A stretch of DNA of 63,776 nucleotides, filler included, from Octopus bimaculoides (lineage: Eukaryota), in NCBI RefSeq assembly GCF_001194135.2. It is 6 parts of 6 records of this genome, joined end to end, with 100 filler letters (N's around TTAATTAATTAA, not from the genome) between each part and the next. Parts side by side here need not be neighbours in the genome. Positions count along the whole stretch, not along the records: positions 1 to 12,765 come from NC_068991.1; 5 more parts are not named here. The stretch is one strand, 5' to 3'. Positions within the stretch are counted from its first letter, which is position 1. Each line of letters starts with the position of its first letter. The notes beneath the pieces are model-generated. The model saw only the letters and a program-made list of their open reading frames with translations, was not told the origin of the DNA and searched no databases. Positions 1 through 12,865 of the stretch are shown one piece after another. A program made the translations under genes and the position numbers.

Positions 1-724
1 GTGTGTGTGTGTAGACTCTGTTGAATAAATATTTTTACAAAATTTCAAAATAGAATAATGTTTATAACATAAAAACAGATAGAGCTGTGTATTAAAAGAA
101 AAATTAAAACTTAAAGTGTTACATTTAAAGTTGTTGGTTGTGCAACTCCTCTTTTTAAATAGAATTGTGAACGTACATAAAAGGGAAGGCAGAATAATTC
201 ATAGACTGTTTCAGATAAAGAAATAAGGTGTTTGTTTATTTTTTTAGCATCGTATCTACTTTAAAGATATTACTTTGAAAAATTGTCTGACTGTAAAAGC
301 TTTCGATTGAATCATTATAGTTGAAAACTCATTTATGACTGTAACCGAACAAAATGCTGCAGTGAATATTATTATAAAGGAAAAAAATCAATGTAATCGT
401 TAACTAGTATTAGATGTGAAGATTTATACAGCATACAGAAGCAGTATTATCATTTCTTGAAATAAATCTATAACCATCAAGCTATTTCCAGTTGTCTCAG
501 CGTGCATTGTATGTTGCTGTACTAATAAATAATGATTTCTTATTTATTTCATTATGAATAATGATTTGAAACATTGGTCTAGGTCACACATTTCTGAAAG
601 AGGGTACATCCAATTGAATTGACCCCCACCACCATCACCACTGATTGATGACTATTTATTTACTGGTTCCAAGATATGAAAAACTAAGATAACCTTATTA
701 ATAATGCTGCCTACTTATTCTCTC

Positions 725-922
725 TAATTTTGACACAAGGCCAGCAATCTTGAGGGGAGGGTTCTTAAGTTAATAACATCGACTTATACTTTATTTTATC
801 GACCGAGAAAGGACGAGAAGGCAAAGTTGACCTTGGCGGAATTTGAACTTAGAACCTAATAAACTACAAAAGAAAAAAAACCAGTAGGCATTTTGCCGGA
901 CGCGATAACGATTCTGCCATCT
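725..922 (-). mobile_element. tRNA-derived SINE, family B (Meta-domain-like core)
   Basis: Contains ttttatcgaccgagaaagga...ggcaaagttgaccttggcggaatttgaact (reverse-complement B box plus core), shared with many other copies in the window. Confidence 0.8.
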
Positions 923-3404
923 AATAATAGACATAAGACCGCCACTTCAGTATTTAGAGGTACTTTATTTTATGATTGGTAAATATAACCTTATCGGATT
1001 TTGATCTCAGGCTGTAAAGAAATGTGACTAAAGAATGCACGCATTTTGTTTTGCCTTCTACCAGTTCGGTCGGTAAATACTCACTTTCTACAGCGGTTCA
1101 AATGTGGAAAATTTTAATTTATGAATAATAAATCTTGATTAATTAAGTTTTGGAGTTATACCCCTACCCTTTTACCAGAATCAGTCATTTAAGTAACGTA
1201 TTTTCACTACTAGGTGTCTAAGTTAAACTAATTAAAATTTCACCTACTACATCAAGTATGCTGGTATCTACTTTGCAATTCAATTTTCATGCAGCAACCG
1301 TCCTTGAGTATTTCCCTCTGAGCATTCTTTTAAGTCTTTACTCCACTCATTGTTCATTTTCAGTCTGCAGTAACGGTTAAACTATACTTCGCTGATGAGC
1401 TCTAGTAATACCAAAACATGTCCACATTGTCACTATACTGCTAATGATCACACTCATTCCTCACTGCAGTCCATATTTAATTAATTTTAATAAATCAAAA
1501 TATCGGGTTCACTCCTATGCTTTTATTTATTCATTTTTTTATTTATTTTAAACAGAGAATTAATCATTCAGACAATGTTTGTTCTCATAACTAAGGGTAT
1601 AATATTGATTAATTATACTTTGGGCAAATATCGATTAATTATACTTTCTTGGTTAACTACATCATGTATACCAGCACCCATTTTACTACTACGTAATGCA
1701 GAATGTGGTGCATAGCATTATATAAACACGTCTTTATTAGAGTCCTTCTATACAACGCTGCTACGTAATGTGGAGTGTGAGGCCTACTATTATAGATAAA
1801 TACGTCTACGGTTGAGACTTTATTTACAAGTAGTCTTCTTTGTGTCGTCATCACTGCACACATAATATAGATTTGTTTCTTTAATCACTTCAAAAGCTAT
1901 AAAAGCTGGTCACGTGTCACCAAATATCTTTTGATAACAATCTTTTAAACTGTTAATTAAAGAGTTTTCTTTCTCTTTTTTCTTTTCCTTTTTTTTTTTT
2001 TTGGCAATTATTTGACAAAATCAGAATCAAGATACGTTCTAATCCTATCAACGACTGATTCGTTGCTTCTAACTGTATCATATAAAACGGCAACTATTAT
2101 AATTTCACTTGTGGGTTATTGCAATTGTGGAATAAAAAGGAAATCATGTAAATATGAATTGTCATATTGCTGTTATATTGAACAAAAAGAAAATCTATTT
2201 GGGCAAGAATCCAATGAAAGAGCTCACTAGAAACATACCTATCTACTAGTGGTCAGTTTAAAAGGAAATGTTGGAAGCGTGCCCGTGATTTTACGTCTCA
2301 TCACCAACTATACTTATTGAATCTGTTTTCCCCCCGTTGACGTTATAAATATAAACGAGTATTTAAACAGAAGAGTATTATGAATATGAATGGTATTATG
2401 AATAGCTTTCCTAATATGTAAATCTATAGAAAGTAATCAAAAAGAAGAGGGTTTTTTTTCCTTCTTTCAATTACGTAACCAAATCCAAATAACCATGCAG
2501 ACTATCAAATGAAGAACCAAACAAACTGTACAAATTTTTTTTTTCATATTTTGAATCAATGTTTAAACTAGCAATAAAATAATCAAGGAAAATCGGGTGC
2601 ATTGTTATATATATACCAACAAGTGAAAATACTTTGAGCAATAGTTTTCTGTCTCCCTGAATACACAGAAGAATTGATTAATGCCAACAATAATTCGTTT
2701 ATAGATTTGAAGCTACAGGTCTTATATGTTTATGCAAGAAATCGTTATATTTCTGAAGAAGATGGATCTTCACTGTTTATTTGACTGGTTAATTCTATAA
2801 AAGAAGATATTTGTAGCCTTGCTCTAAAATGATTTTGAATAATAATCGCGAGAGAGAATATACAAGCCCAATAACAACTTTAATAATGCTTTCGCCTTCT
2901 TATTCGATAGTTGAAGGAATCAATACGCTGCAGTTCAGTTAAATAACAGATCCGCCATTTTAAGTAAGTACTGCTGCAACTATCTCCATTTAGAAATAAC
3001 AAACAAATGTCAAATGACCTGCTAATACTTGTTAACGAGGAGAAGAATGTCTTGTATCTAAGCAGAAGCTTTACTCCGTGCTGGCTAACTTAGAGAAAGT
3101 ATTTAATGCAGACAAGAAAGACGCTGAACAGATTGTCTTTAAAGACAAAACAAACAAAAAAAACTCGTGAACTCCTGAAAGTTACATTAATCTGACTGTT
3201 TTATGATGAGATGAGAGAAGTATTGACAGTTCAGAGAAAGTAATTCCTTTCTGAGCTAACAGCCACACACACAAAAAGAAAATTTTGTAGCGTCATCAAG
3301 ACGTTTACGATAAATGGATGATTATTACCACGTCTCAGTTGATTTCCTTAATATTTTTTATTTAGGAGCCGCTTTCCAATGCTAGCACACATATTTAGGG
3401 CTCA

Positions 3405-3570
3405 GGTATTGCTGTGGGATTGAGTCAGAAGGCTGCTTCACAACTATGTCGTTTTGAGTTCCATCCCGCTACGCGCATCCTTGGGCAAATACCTTCTACC
3501 ATAGCCTCGGTTCGGCCAATACTTCGTAAAAGAAATTCAATAGACATTAACTGCATGGAAGTCCGTAGGA
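3405..3570 (+). mobile_element. SINE family A head (degenerate)
   Basis: ccttgggcaaataccttctaccatagcctcgg aligns with the reverse complement of the family A head at 23430-23598; explains the overlapping ORFs at 3414-3728. Confidence 0.7.
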
Positions 3571-3872
3571 GGGATCGATCATGTTCGATTGATGGTTCAC
3601 GTATTCCAATACTCGGTGTAATACAACCACTTGGTCCTTGGGAAACTTTAGCACAGTTCACTCCCTTGCAAGCTTTCAACTCATGTCACTGGTCTGAGGA
3701 TAAAGACTTCTCTTTCCAGGCTCCGTAAATCTTGTAGTCCCTGAAAAGTGTCATAGATTTTTTCAGTCATCTTTTGACAGTGCAATCTAAAAAAAAGGGG
3801 CAAAGACTATTCTGACTGACAATTTCCGTAACCCAATAGCATCAATCGAGATTGTAGACTTCAGCCTTATTG

Positions 3873-3912
<40 letters not shown>

Positions 3913-4420
3913 TTCTTTTCTTTTCTTTTCTCTTAGTGATGTTTAGTTGCATATAATCAGACAATATGGATTTATATTTGACCTGAGACATCTGCTGTTA
4001 ACGCCCAAACACTCATTATGGAGGCTTTGTTTTTCTAATCATTTTGTCCTTATAATCACCAGAAAAACCACTTATACCCAACTGTCATTAACTCATCATC
4101 ACTCTCAAAATTATTCCGTCTGAGAACCAGTTTTAGATAAACAGAAGTCTTTCTACCGCATGTACCAAATTATGCTTCGTCAGAATCAAACACACCAGCA
4201 GTCGCATTTCTTGCAAAACGTGTCAGAAGCAGAAGACGAAAGTTAGCCGTGTAGTTTACAATGAAGTTTTACAGCTCAGATATGTACATCTCTCCAGCAA
4301 AGTGAAAGCATTTAATTTCATATCAGTCTTGTGCAGCTGTAAAACCAGAAGATTCTATTACTAATACACAAAGCATACAAGAGAATTCTGTTGGTCTGGC
4401 CATTTCATTATTATGAAAAA

Positions 4421-4610
4421 GACGGACGAAAAGCCTAGCGGCATTCCTTCTGGTTCTTTACGTGCTGAGCTCAAATCCCACCGAGGTCAACGTTGTTTTT
4501 CATCCTTTCGGAGTCGATAAAAAAAGTACCAGCCAAGTGCTAGGGTCGGTGTTATCGATACACCCACTCCCCTGATAGTTCCTGGCCTGGTGCCAAAATC
4601 AAAGGATTGT
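4421..4610 (+). mobile_element. SINE family B
   Basis: gagctcaaatcccaccgaggtcaac...tcatcctttcggagtcgataaaaaaagtacc core. Confidence 0.8.
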
Positions 4611-5112
4611 TACGAAAAAAAGGAACAGAATTGCTCTACATAGTTGTTGAATGGAGTTCCTGTTTACGGCAACCGTAATCTGGCGCACCAAGAGAACACA
4701 TTCAATGACAAGTTCAAGGCCAACTTTAGAGATAAATCAGCCCTAATTTAGCAGACGCATATATTCAAATATGTTCCATTTGTGACCGTCCTGCCTTTTT
4801 GTTTTCCGTGAATTCCAATGTCTTCTTTCTGTTACGGTAGAAGGGTGTAATTTAAAGATTTCGTTGTTATTTTTAACAGGCTTCCCCGGGGTCTCATTTG
4901 AAGAAGGCTGTAGAAATTGCTTTGAAGCTCAAACGAAGATAAAGATATGTAGCAAGACCAAAACTTTTGCAAACCCAGTCTTGGAGACACTTTAGGATCC
5001 CCTGGCACTAATTGTTTTATTTATTAAACATCGTCCCAGAGATTATGAATTCATGTCAGCATCCACAGAAGTGCTACAATAACTATAAAGATACCTATAT
5101 ACGTCTGTCAGT

Positions 5113-5408
5113 ATGTATATTTGTATGTATGTATGTATGTATGTATGTATGTATGTATGTATGTATGTATGTGTGTGTATGTATGTGTGTACGTATGTAT
5201 GCATGTGTATGTATGTATGTGTATGTATGTATGTATGTATGTATGTATTTATGTACGTATGTGTGTGTATGTATGTGTGCACGTATGTATGTATGTGTTA
5301 CGTATGTATGTGTATGTATATGTGCGTATGTATGTATGTATGTATGTATGTGTGTATGTATGTACGTGTATATGTATGTATGTGTATGTATGTATATATG
5401 TATACGTT

Positions 5409-5440
<32 letters not shown>

Positions 5441-5495
5441 TGTATGTATGTGTGTGTGTTTGTGTATTTGTGTGTGTGTGTGTATGTGTGTGTAT
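5113..5495. repeat. (TATG)n/(TG)n compound microsatellite
   Basis: Visible tandem repeat; source of the MYVC/HTYI ORFs. Confidence 0.98.
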
Positions 5496-6539
5496 GATTT
5501 TTCTTTGAGTTTTTAAGTTCTTGAGAGAGTTCAAACCAGTCGCTAACAAAGCGACAAGACGTTTTGAATTAAGAGAGATCTCGGTGTTTCTAAATATGTG
5601 GTTGAGTTGGTGTGTTGGTAGAACTGCCGATGCATGCACCCAAGTGTGTGCATCTCTTCACATAGGAATCTCATATGGAGAATTTTTGGAATGTCTCACA
5701 AACCAAATTTTCATTGTGCCACTAATAGATTGGATTTGGAGAATCCGCGTCAGTTTCTTTTGCTCTTTTTACGTGAAACCAAGTGTTTCTAGGTTTTTGT
5801 GCAAATCCGTTGGTACATAACTTAATGCACCTATAATAATAGGTGCAAATGGGAATTCATAGTCAGAGTCGAAGAGCTGTAGGTTTCGCATGAATTAGTC
5901 ATAAATGTTCTGTCTGTCTGTCTAACTGTTTGCCTGTATGTACGTAACTATGTGTGTGTATGTATGTATGTGTGTGCGTGTGTGTATATGTATGTATATG
6001 TATGTATATGTATGTATGTGAGTGTGTGTGAGTGTGTGTTTGCGCGTGAGTGCGTTCAACTAATTTGATATGCAATAAATGAGATCTTTCCTAACCAGCT
6101 CTTGAGAGTGCGAGAGCCTTGCCATATATCTATATTGATAAAACTGTCATGAAATATATTAGGATTAAGACATACGTGTGAGTTACTGCATTGCCGATGC
6201 AGTACATAAGAAATCTAATATAATATAGCACGTATTTTAACTGTAGTAGTGTCTGTGTAATACAATTCGCAGTTCACTTAACATTTATTATCTTTCCATA
6301 ACTATTGGTTGTTAGTAGAGACATAACTAGCGTAAATTCACAACAATTGAGAGAGCTTCTACGTGATTGTTTGAATAACTTGAATAGTAGCCAAATCCTC
6401 CTCAAATCATATCCTATCATGTTAAGGAAAACAGCTCATTGGCTAATGTGGCCCTAGAAATCCTTGAAAATATGGGATAGTCATGGTCAGATATCTTTTG
6501 ATTAATAAACCAGCCCGATCAGAGCTAACCTAAGGCTAG

Positions 6540-6625
6540 ACAACAGCAACATCTACAACAACAGCAGCAGCAGCAGCAGCAGCAACAACAACAGTAGTAA
6601 CAACAACAACAACAGCAACAGTAGC
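6540..6625. repeat. (CAA/CAG)n microsatellite
   Basis: Visible tandem repeat. Confidence 0.95.
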
Positions 6626-7166
6626 AAGAACGGCATATTTTACGATTTTAAGGGTCTTAGATATACGAACCGTACGGACTCTCCCTATATAAAAATATAT
6701 AAAAGTCACCAATAAACTAAAATGTTTTGAGTCATTTGGAAAAACTCTACTGTAGGGATATGAAAAAATTATCATAAATACTACAGCAATTTGTGTCAAG
6801 GCTAGATAGTTTCAAACAACTATTTACCTATAAATACAATGAATGGCGATAAATACATAATTTCTCGACTAAAATCAGCTCAAATTACAGAAAATCAATA
6901 ATAGAATGAGACTAACCGAACATAAAGATGTGTTTTTATTTAACTTTACTACTTATTTGGCATTCTTCCACCAGCAATATATGAATGAACGGAAAGTATC
7001 TTGTAGCTTCGACATTATTAACCTAAATATTAGGAAGTATAAGCAAAAGACAAAGGTGTTTCACTGCAGGCCGACACAGCGGACTCCAAGACATTGCAAG
7101 TTGATGTGAAGCATGGAATGACATACAATAGACGTTGGCATTAAAGGAAAGTGATAGCATTGGTCC

Positions 7167-7226
7167 GGGGATGCTTCTGGCTGACGGGACACATCGATAT
7201 CGAAACAGCAGCTGTCCTAGAATCCC
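7167..7226 (+). ncRNA. Type I hammerhead ribozyme-like motif (core A9>G, weak stem II)
   Basis: TTCTGG-CTGACGG-GACACATCGATATC-GAAA-CAGcagCTG-TC-CTAGAA; stems I and III pair and a GUC triplet is present. Confidence 0.5.
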
Positions 7227-8811
7227 TTGTGCTAATGAATTGAGTGTGCTATGAACACATATTCGTCGTAATGGAGAAATTATCCTCCAAGCTTGTCATT
7301 GTTTTGACTTTTGGTACTTACCATGCATGTGACAAGTTATAAAAGAAAATAATCTGGTGATTGAGACAATACAAAACTGCTAAGTAAATGTTTATTTCGT
7401 AATGAAACGAAGTAAACAGTTGCTCATTTATTTGCCAGATCGATATCTTCTTATTATCCATAATCAATCTTGATTAAACCAGATTCCGAGCAGGTTTTCT
7501 GAAGCTTCAGAACAGTGAGTGATTTTTTTTTCCCGATCAATTTTATATTCTGATATTGCGCCCGTATCCATTCTTCTTGACATGCCCTTTCTCAGTACAA
7601 TTAGCCTCGAAAATAAAAGTATTAGTTTCAGACGAATAAACTTCACAAACCCAAATTGTAATATTTAACTGTTGAGTCATGTGACCGTTCATTTTGACCA
7701 TGGAACAAATAAGGCTGCAAAATATATTGATCCCTTATAAAGATAGGTCCAAAAATGACCCGATGAGAGTAAATGATGATTGATAAATACCAACCTCAAG
7801 AAAAAAAGAAAAACGTATTCGGCATGCCTAAATTGATTATAGACCTATCAAACCTAGTTTAGTCCTTACTGTCTGTCCAATGTATCTCATTAAGTAAAGG
7901 TTTACTGAATAATTCGATCTTAAGTCAAGTTTGTGCTAACTTAATAACGCGGCCCATAACATTACTCTTTTATCTAACTCTATCTCCAATATTTTTAATC
8001 ATTCATTTAATATTTATTTATTATCCTTTTACTCGCTTCTTTTCTCTCCAGTTCAATCTCTCTTTGACACGCACAACTGTAAATGGTTGCAGCCATAAGA
8101 ACGAAAATAGAGAAAATACATACATTACAAATTCGTTGCTAAGACGCTTAATGCAATCACTCAATAAATTTTAATTAACTAATTTATATCCTTCAGTGTT
8201 ATCGTAACGGGATTGGGCCTGGTTTTTAGCATCACAGCAACAGGCCCGGCTATATTTCTATCTTATTAGACATCATCAACGAAACTAAGTCTAATCGCTG
8301 CTGCTAGATTTCAGTTTGACTAAAATGAAAATGACCTGATAACTTAGAAAAACGACAGTATAAAATACTCTGGGTGCTAGCAGCGGCATAGTTAGAGTGT
8401 ATGCTCCCTTCCGTTTCCCAAAGAGGCTTATACAGCAGTCCCAAAAATGCCGCCCCTATACAAGCGTAGCGAGGAGCGGACAAAACCCCTTTGTCTCCCC
8501 TAAGCTAAACTTTGGGCGCTAACTGCATGAAAAATGTATAACCAAGTGGACATAGTTTTGGCAATTCACTGAGTTTTGGTGATTCGATCTTCGCTAATCA
8601 TGAAGTACTAAAGTGCCATGATTATGTACATAATGGACTGGATTTGAACTCACAGACATTTGCCTCAGTGTTCTAATGTTCTTTATCCACTAAGCAGTCC
8701 ACCTCTTCTGAATATGCATTACTTCCGTTTAACTACCCCTTCCGTTTAACCTCTATCACTTGAAATCTACTTTCACAGGTCCTATTTCTTCTTTATATAT
8801 TTGCAGAAGCA

Positions 8812-9297
8812 TAAGGCGGCGAACTGACAGAATCATTGTTGTTGTTTTTGTTGTTGTTGGCACTCCGTCGCTTACGACGTCGAGGGTTCCAGTTGATCCG
8901 ATCAACGGAACAGTCTGCTCGTGAAATTAACGTGCAAGTGGTTGAGCACTCCACAGACACGTGTACTCTTAACGTAGTTCTCGGGGATATTCAGCGTAAC
9001 ACAAGGCTGACCCTTTGAATTACAGGCACAACGGAAACAGGGAGAAAGAGTGACAGAAAGTTGTAGTGAAAGAGTACAGCAGGGTTCGCCACCATCCCCT
9101 GCCGGAGCCTCGTGGAGCTTTAGGTGTTTTCTCTCAATAAACATTCCCAACGCCCGGTCTGGGAATCGAAACCGCGATCCTATGACCGCGAGTCCGCTGA
9201 CATAACCAGTGGGCCCTTGCGCCTCCGGCAGAATCATTACACACCGAGTAAAAACCTTAGCGGCATTTCGTCCGTCGTTACGTTCTCAGTTCAAATC
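8812..9297 (+). mobile_element. SINE family B head interrupted by a family C SINE
   Basis: aaggcggcgaactgacagaatcatt...[insert]...ggcagaatcattacacaccgag...gttctcagttcaaatc. Confidence 0.8.
8838..9226 (-). mobile_element. Full-length tRNA-derived SINE, family C, with 12-bp TSD
   Basis: Minus-strand tRNA-like head with A/B boxes and (AAC)n tail; flanked by gacagaatcatt (8826-8837) and ggcagaatcatt (9227-9238). Confidence 0.88.
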
Positions 9298-9326
9298 AAA
9301 ATAAGCTGCAGTTGAATTCTGGAATC

Positions 9327-10555
9327 TTTCTATTGACCCTTTTTTCTACTACACAACCTTCTCAAAGCCCAACAAAAGGCTCCGAGTATAGGCAATCGAA
9401 TGACCCCTGCATAACTTTTACATAAACCCCTTTTCTATATGGTTACACCTTTATACAGTTTAGTAGTAAAACCCTAAACTGTTGTCCATATTCTCTGTAC
9501 TTTTCTTTAATTGTTCCTAATTTTATCGTTTTTTTTATTTTTACTTGTTCCAATCATTAGACTACGACCATGCTGGGGCACCGCCTTGCAGAATTTTTAG
9601 TCGATAAAATAAGTACTTATTTTATGGGGTCGATAAAATAAGTTGATGCTGAGTTCTGGGATTGATATAATCGACTTACCACTCCCTGGAATTGCTGGCC
9701 TTATGCCAAAATCTAAAATCATATATTCTTTTCTACTCTAGGCACAAGGCCCGAAATTTTTGTGGAGAGGGCTAGTCGATTAGATCGACCCAGTATGAAA
9801 CTGGTACTTAATTTATCGACCCCCAAAAGGATGTAAGGCGAAGTCGACCTGGGCGGAATTTGAACTCAGAACGTAAGACAGAAGAAATACCGCTAAGTAT
9901 TTCGCCGGCATGCTAACGTTTCTGCCAAGCTCGTTGCCGTTTTGAAATCATATATTGACAGAGACTAAGTAACATTACTTTATCATATTATGCCTCTCAC
10001 TAAAATACAACAAAAGACTTGGTGTCTCTTCTTTATCTATTATCATTTTTGCCGTTGTCTTTATTATTATTATTATTATTATTATTATTGTCGTTGCTGC
10101 TGCTGTTGTTGGTGGTGGCATTCTTAGTATTACTAGAGCAGTTGCTGCAGCTATTGTCGAATGTGTTGTTGCAGCTGCATTTATTGATAGTGCAGTTTTC
10201 ATCGTCTTGCTGAAGTTACCATTAAGGGTATTGATTTTAATAAGACAAGTGCTAACCAGCTTGCTACTCATTTTATATTGACCCTTTTCTCTACTATATC
10301 ATCTTCACAAAACCCAACAAAAGCCTCCGAGTGTAGACCCCTGAGTAGCCTAGCTAATCCTTTAGCTTTTACACAACCCCCTTTTCTATATGGTTACACC
10401 TTTATACTGTTTAGAAGTCTTTGTAAAACCCTAATCTGTCGTCCATCTGCCTTGTACCCTTCTTTAATTGTTCCTATTTTCATCGTTTATTTATTTATTT
10501 TATTTGTTTCAGTCATTAGACTGTGACCATGCTGGGGCACCGCCTTGAAGAATTA
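9327..10555 (+). repeat. Diverged direct repeat pair (9327-9600 and 10277-10555)
   Basis: Both start attgaccctttt and contain ccccttttctatatggttacacctttatac and ctttaattgttccta, followed by a SINE A tail. Confidence 0.85.
9730..9945 (-). mobile_element. SINE family B, near full length
   Basis: ggcacaaggccc...aatttatcgacccc...gtcgacctgggcggaatttgaactcagaacgt...ctaacgtttctgcc. Confidence 0.9.
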
Positions 10556-11000
10556 ATTTTTAGTCGAATGAATTGACCCCAGTCCTAATTTCTTTTTTAA
10601 TATTTTTAAGCCTGGTTCTTATTCTATCGGTATTTTTCCCCGAGCCGCAAAGTAAAGGGAACGTAAACGCATCAACACCGATTATGGTGGTAGTCGAGGA
10701 AACACAGACACAAAGACACACACACACACACACATACACACACACATTGACCACAAGAACTAAAACATCCAACATTCTATTTATATAATTGGCGTTCCTC
10801 GTACAACAATGCAATGCAACAAATAATGAGTTCAAATATTAGTACGTAACACCCTGTATGTGTTAGTGTGTGTACGACGTCTACCAAATCCACTCACAAG
10901 GCTTTGGTTAGCTCGAAGCTATAGTAGACGACACTTGCTCAATAGGAATGAACCCAGAACCATGTGGTTGGGAAGCAACTTTCTTACCACACAGCTAATT
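10500..11000 (-). mobile_element. SINE family A with internal (CA)n
   Basis: Tail gtttcagtcattagactgtgaccatgctgg; head gtctaccaaatccactcacaaggctttgg...aaccatgtggttgggaagc. Confidence 0.85.
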
Positions 11001-11169
11001 TTTTCCAATTTTTTATTTCTGTTGACCCTTAGTGAAGCTAACAGACTCCTATGTAAACATTTATTTAAAGTCACCTCTTTTGTTATGATAGATAGTTTTA
11101 AATCTAATAATTAATGGTTTATAGGCTTTGTCAGATAATAATAATAATAATAATAATCATTATTATTAT

Positions 11170-11935
11170 TATTGTTTCAAATTTTAGCACAAGGCCAGCA
11201 ATTTTGTGGGAGGGGATAAGTCGATTACATCGAGCCCAGTGTTCAACTAGTACTTATTTTATAGACCCCGAAAGGATGAAAAGCAAAATTCAGCCTCGGC
11301 GGAATTTGAACTCAGAACGTAGCGACGGGCAAAATACCTATTTCGTTATTGCCCACAAGGGGCTAAACATAGAGAAAACAAACAAGAACAGACGAACGGA
11401 TTAAGTCGATTACATCGACCCCAGTGCGTAACTGGTACTTAATTTATCGACCCCGAAAGGATGAAAGGCAAAGTCGACCTCGGCGGAATTTGAACTCTGA
11501 ACGTAACGGCAGACAAAATACCGTTAAACATTTCGCCCGGCGTGCTAACGATTCTGCCAGTTCACCGCCTTGGTAGTAGCAGTAGTAATAATAATAATAA
11601 TTCTTTCTACTAAAGGCACAAGGCCTGAAATTTTGGGGAAGGGTCTAGCCGATTACATCGACCCCAGTGTTTCACTGGTACTTAATTTATCGCTCCCGAA
11701 AGGAAGAATAGCAAAGTCGACCTCGGCAGAATTTGAATTCTGAACGTAAAGACGGACGAAATGCCGCTAAGCATTTTGCCCGGCGTGCTAACGAATAATA
11801 ATAATAATAATAATAATTTTTTCTACTAAAGGCACAAGACCTGAAATTTCTTTCTTTGTTTTTTTTTTTTTTTGAGGGAGGACATGTCGATTACATCGAC
11901 TCGACCCTGGTGTTTCACTGGTATTTGATTTATAG
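11170..11935 (-). mobile_element. Tandem/nested cluster of four family B SINEs
   Basis: Core gaccccgaaaggatgaaa / gtcgacctcggcggaatttgaact repeated three times plus a fourth partial tail running into an N gap; (TAA)n tails between some copies. Confidence 0.9.
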
Positions 11936-12504
11936 NNNNNNNNNNNNNNNNNNNNNNNNNNNNNNNNNNNNNNNNNNNNNNNNNNNNNNNNNNNNNNNNN
12001 NNNNNNNNNNNNNNNNNNNNNNNNNNNNNNNNNNNNNNNNNNNNNNNNNNNNNNNNNNNNNNNNNNNNNNNNNNNNNNNNNNNNNNNNNNNNNNNNNNNN
12101 NNNNNNNNNNNNNNNNNNNNNNNNNNNNNNNNNNNNNNNNNNNNNNNNNNNNNNNNNNNNNNNNNNNNNNNNNNNNNNNNNNNNNNNNNNNNNNNNNNNN
12201 NNNNNNNNNNNNNNNNNNNNNNNNNNNNNNNNNNNNNNNNNNTGATGATGATGATGACGATGATGATGATGATGATAAGAATAATTGAGAGAAAACGTTT
12301 TCTCTTTCTATTTTATCGGAATTTTTAACTCTAGCAGAAGCACATAATTGTTCTCTTTCCTGTGTATTTAATGTATCCTTTTGGTGTTAAAGACTTCTTC
12401 CTTCATTTTGAATCAAGTTCGAAGTTACTCCTCAGTTTGTTCTTTGCATCAGTGAGCCTATTATTCTTCAAGTCTTAATGGTTAATTCTTGCCGCAGCCT
12501 TAGT

Positions 12505-12765
12505 TGTCGCCGTCGTCGTTGTTGTTGTTGTTGCTGTTGATGATGACGACGACGATGATGATGATGATGACGATGATGATGACGATGATGCTGATGATGG
12601 CGGCGGCGGCGGTGGTTGTGGTGATTATGATGAATATGATGACGACGACGACGACGACGATCACGGTGATGGTGATAGTGATGGCGGTGGTGGTGGTGGT
12701 GATGATGATGGTGACGTTGTTGTTGCTGGTGGTGGTGATAATGATGACGACGACGACGACGACGA
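12505..12765. repeat. Compound trinucleotide microsatellite (GAT/GAC/GGT/GTT)
   Basis: Visible tandem repeats. Confidence 0.95.
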
Positions 12766-12865
12766 NNNNNNNNNNNNNNNNNNNNNNNNNNNNNNNNNNN
12801 NNNNNNNNNTTAATTAATTAANNNNNNNNNNNNNNNNNNNNNNNNNNNNNNNNNNNNNNNNNNNN
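12766..12865. other. Assembly gap placeholder N44-TTAATTAATTAA-N44 (also 31059-31158, 45495-45594, 57695-57794, 62645-62744)
   Basis: Identical 100-nt structure five times; the 12-mer gives stops in all six frames. Confidence 0.97.

Noticed and set aside
1385-1425. CTGATGAG..AAAACATGTC hammerhead-like string
   Set aside because: G12 is missing and stems I and II do not pair; at best a heavily decayed relic
3414-3728. Overlapping +/- ORFs, including a possible TGA (selenocysteine) read-through on the minus strand
   Set aside because: The first half is a SINE A head; the frames share wobble positions so co-openness is expected; no selenoprotein motif or SECIS recognised
4140-4190. Minus-strand CTGACGA..GAAA motif
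   Set aside because: Extra nucleotides before GAAA and no stem I
5012-5639. Long MYVC/HTYI ORFs (and similar ones at 16-18, 23, 52-53, 58-62 kb)
   Set aside because: Translations of microsatellites and N runs
11170-11935. Regularly recurring repeats as a CRISPR-like array
   Set aside because: Units are SINE copies of 170-230 bp in eukaryotic DNA; no spacers or cas genes
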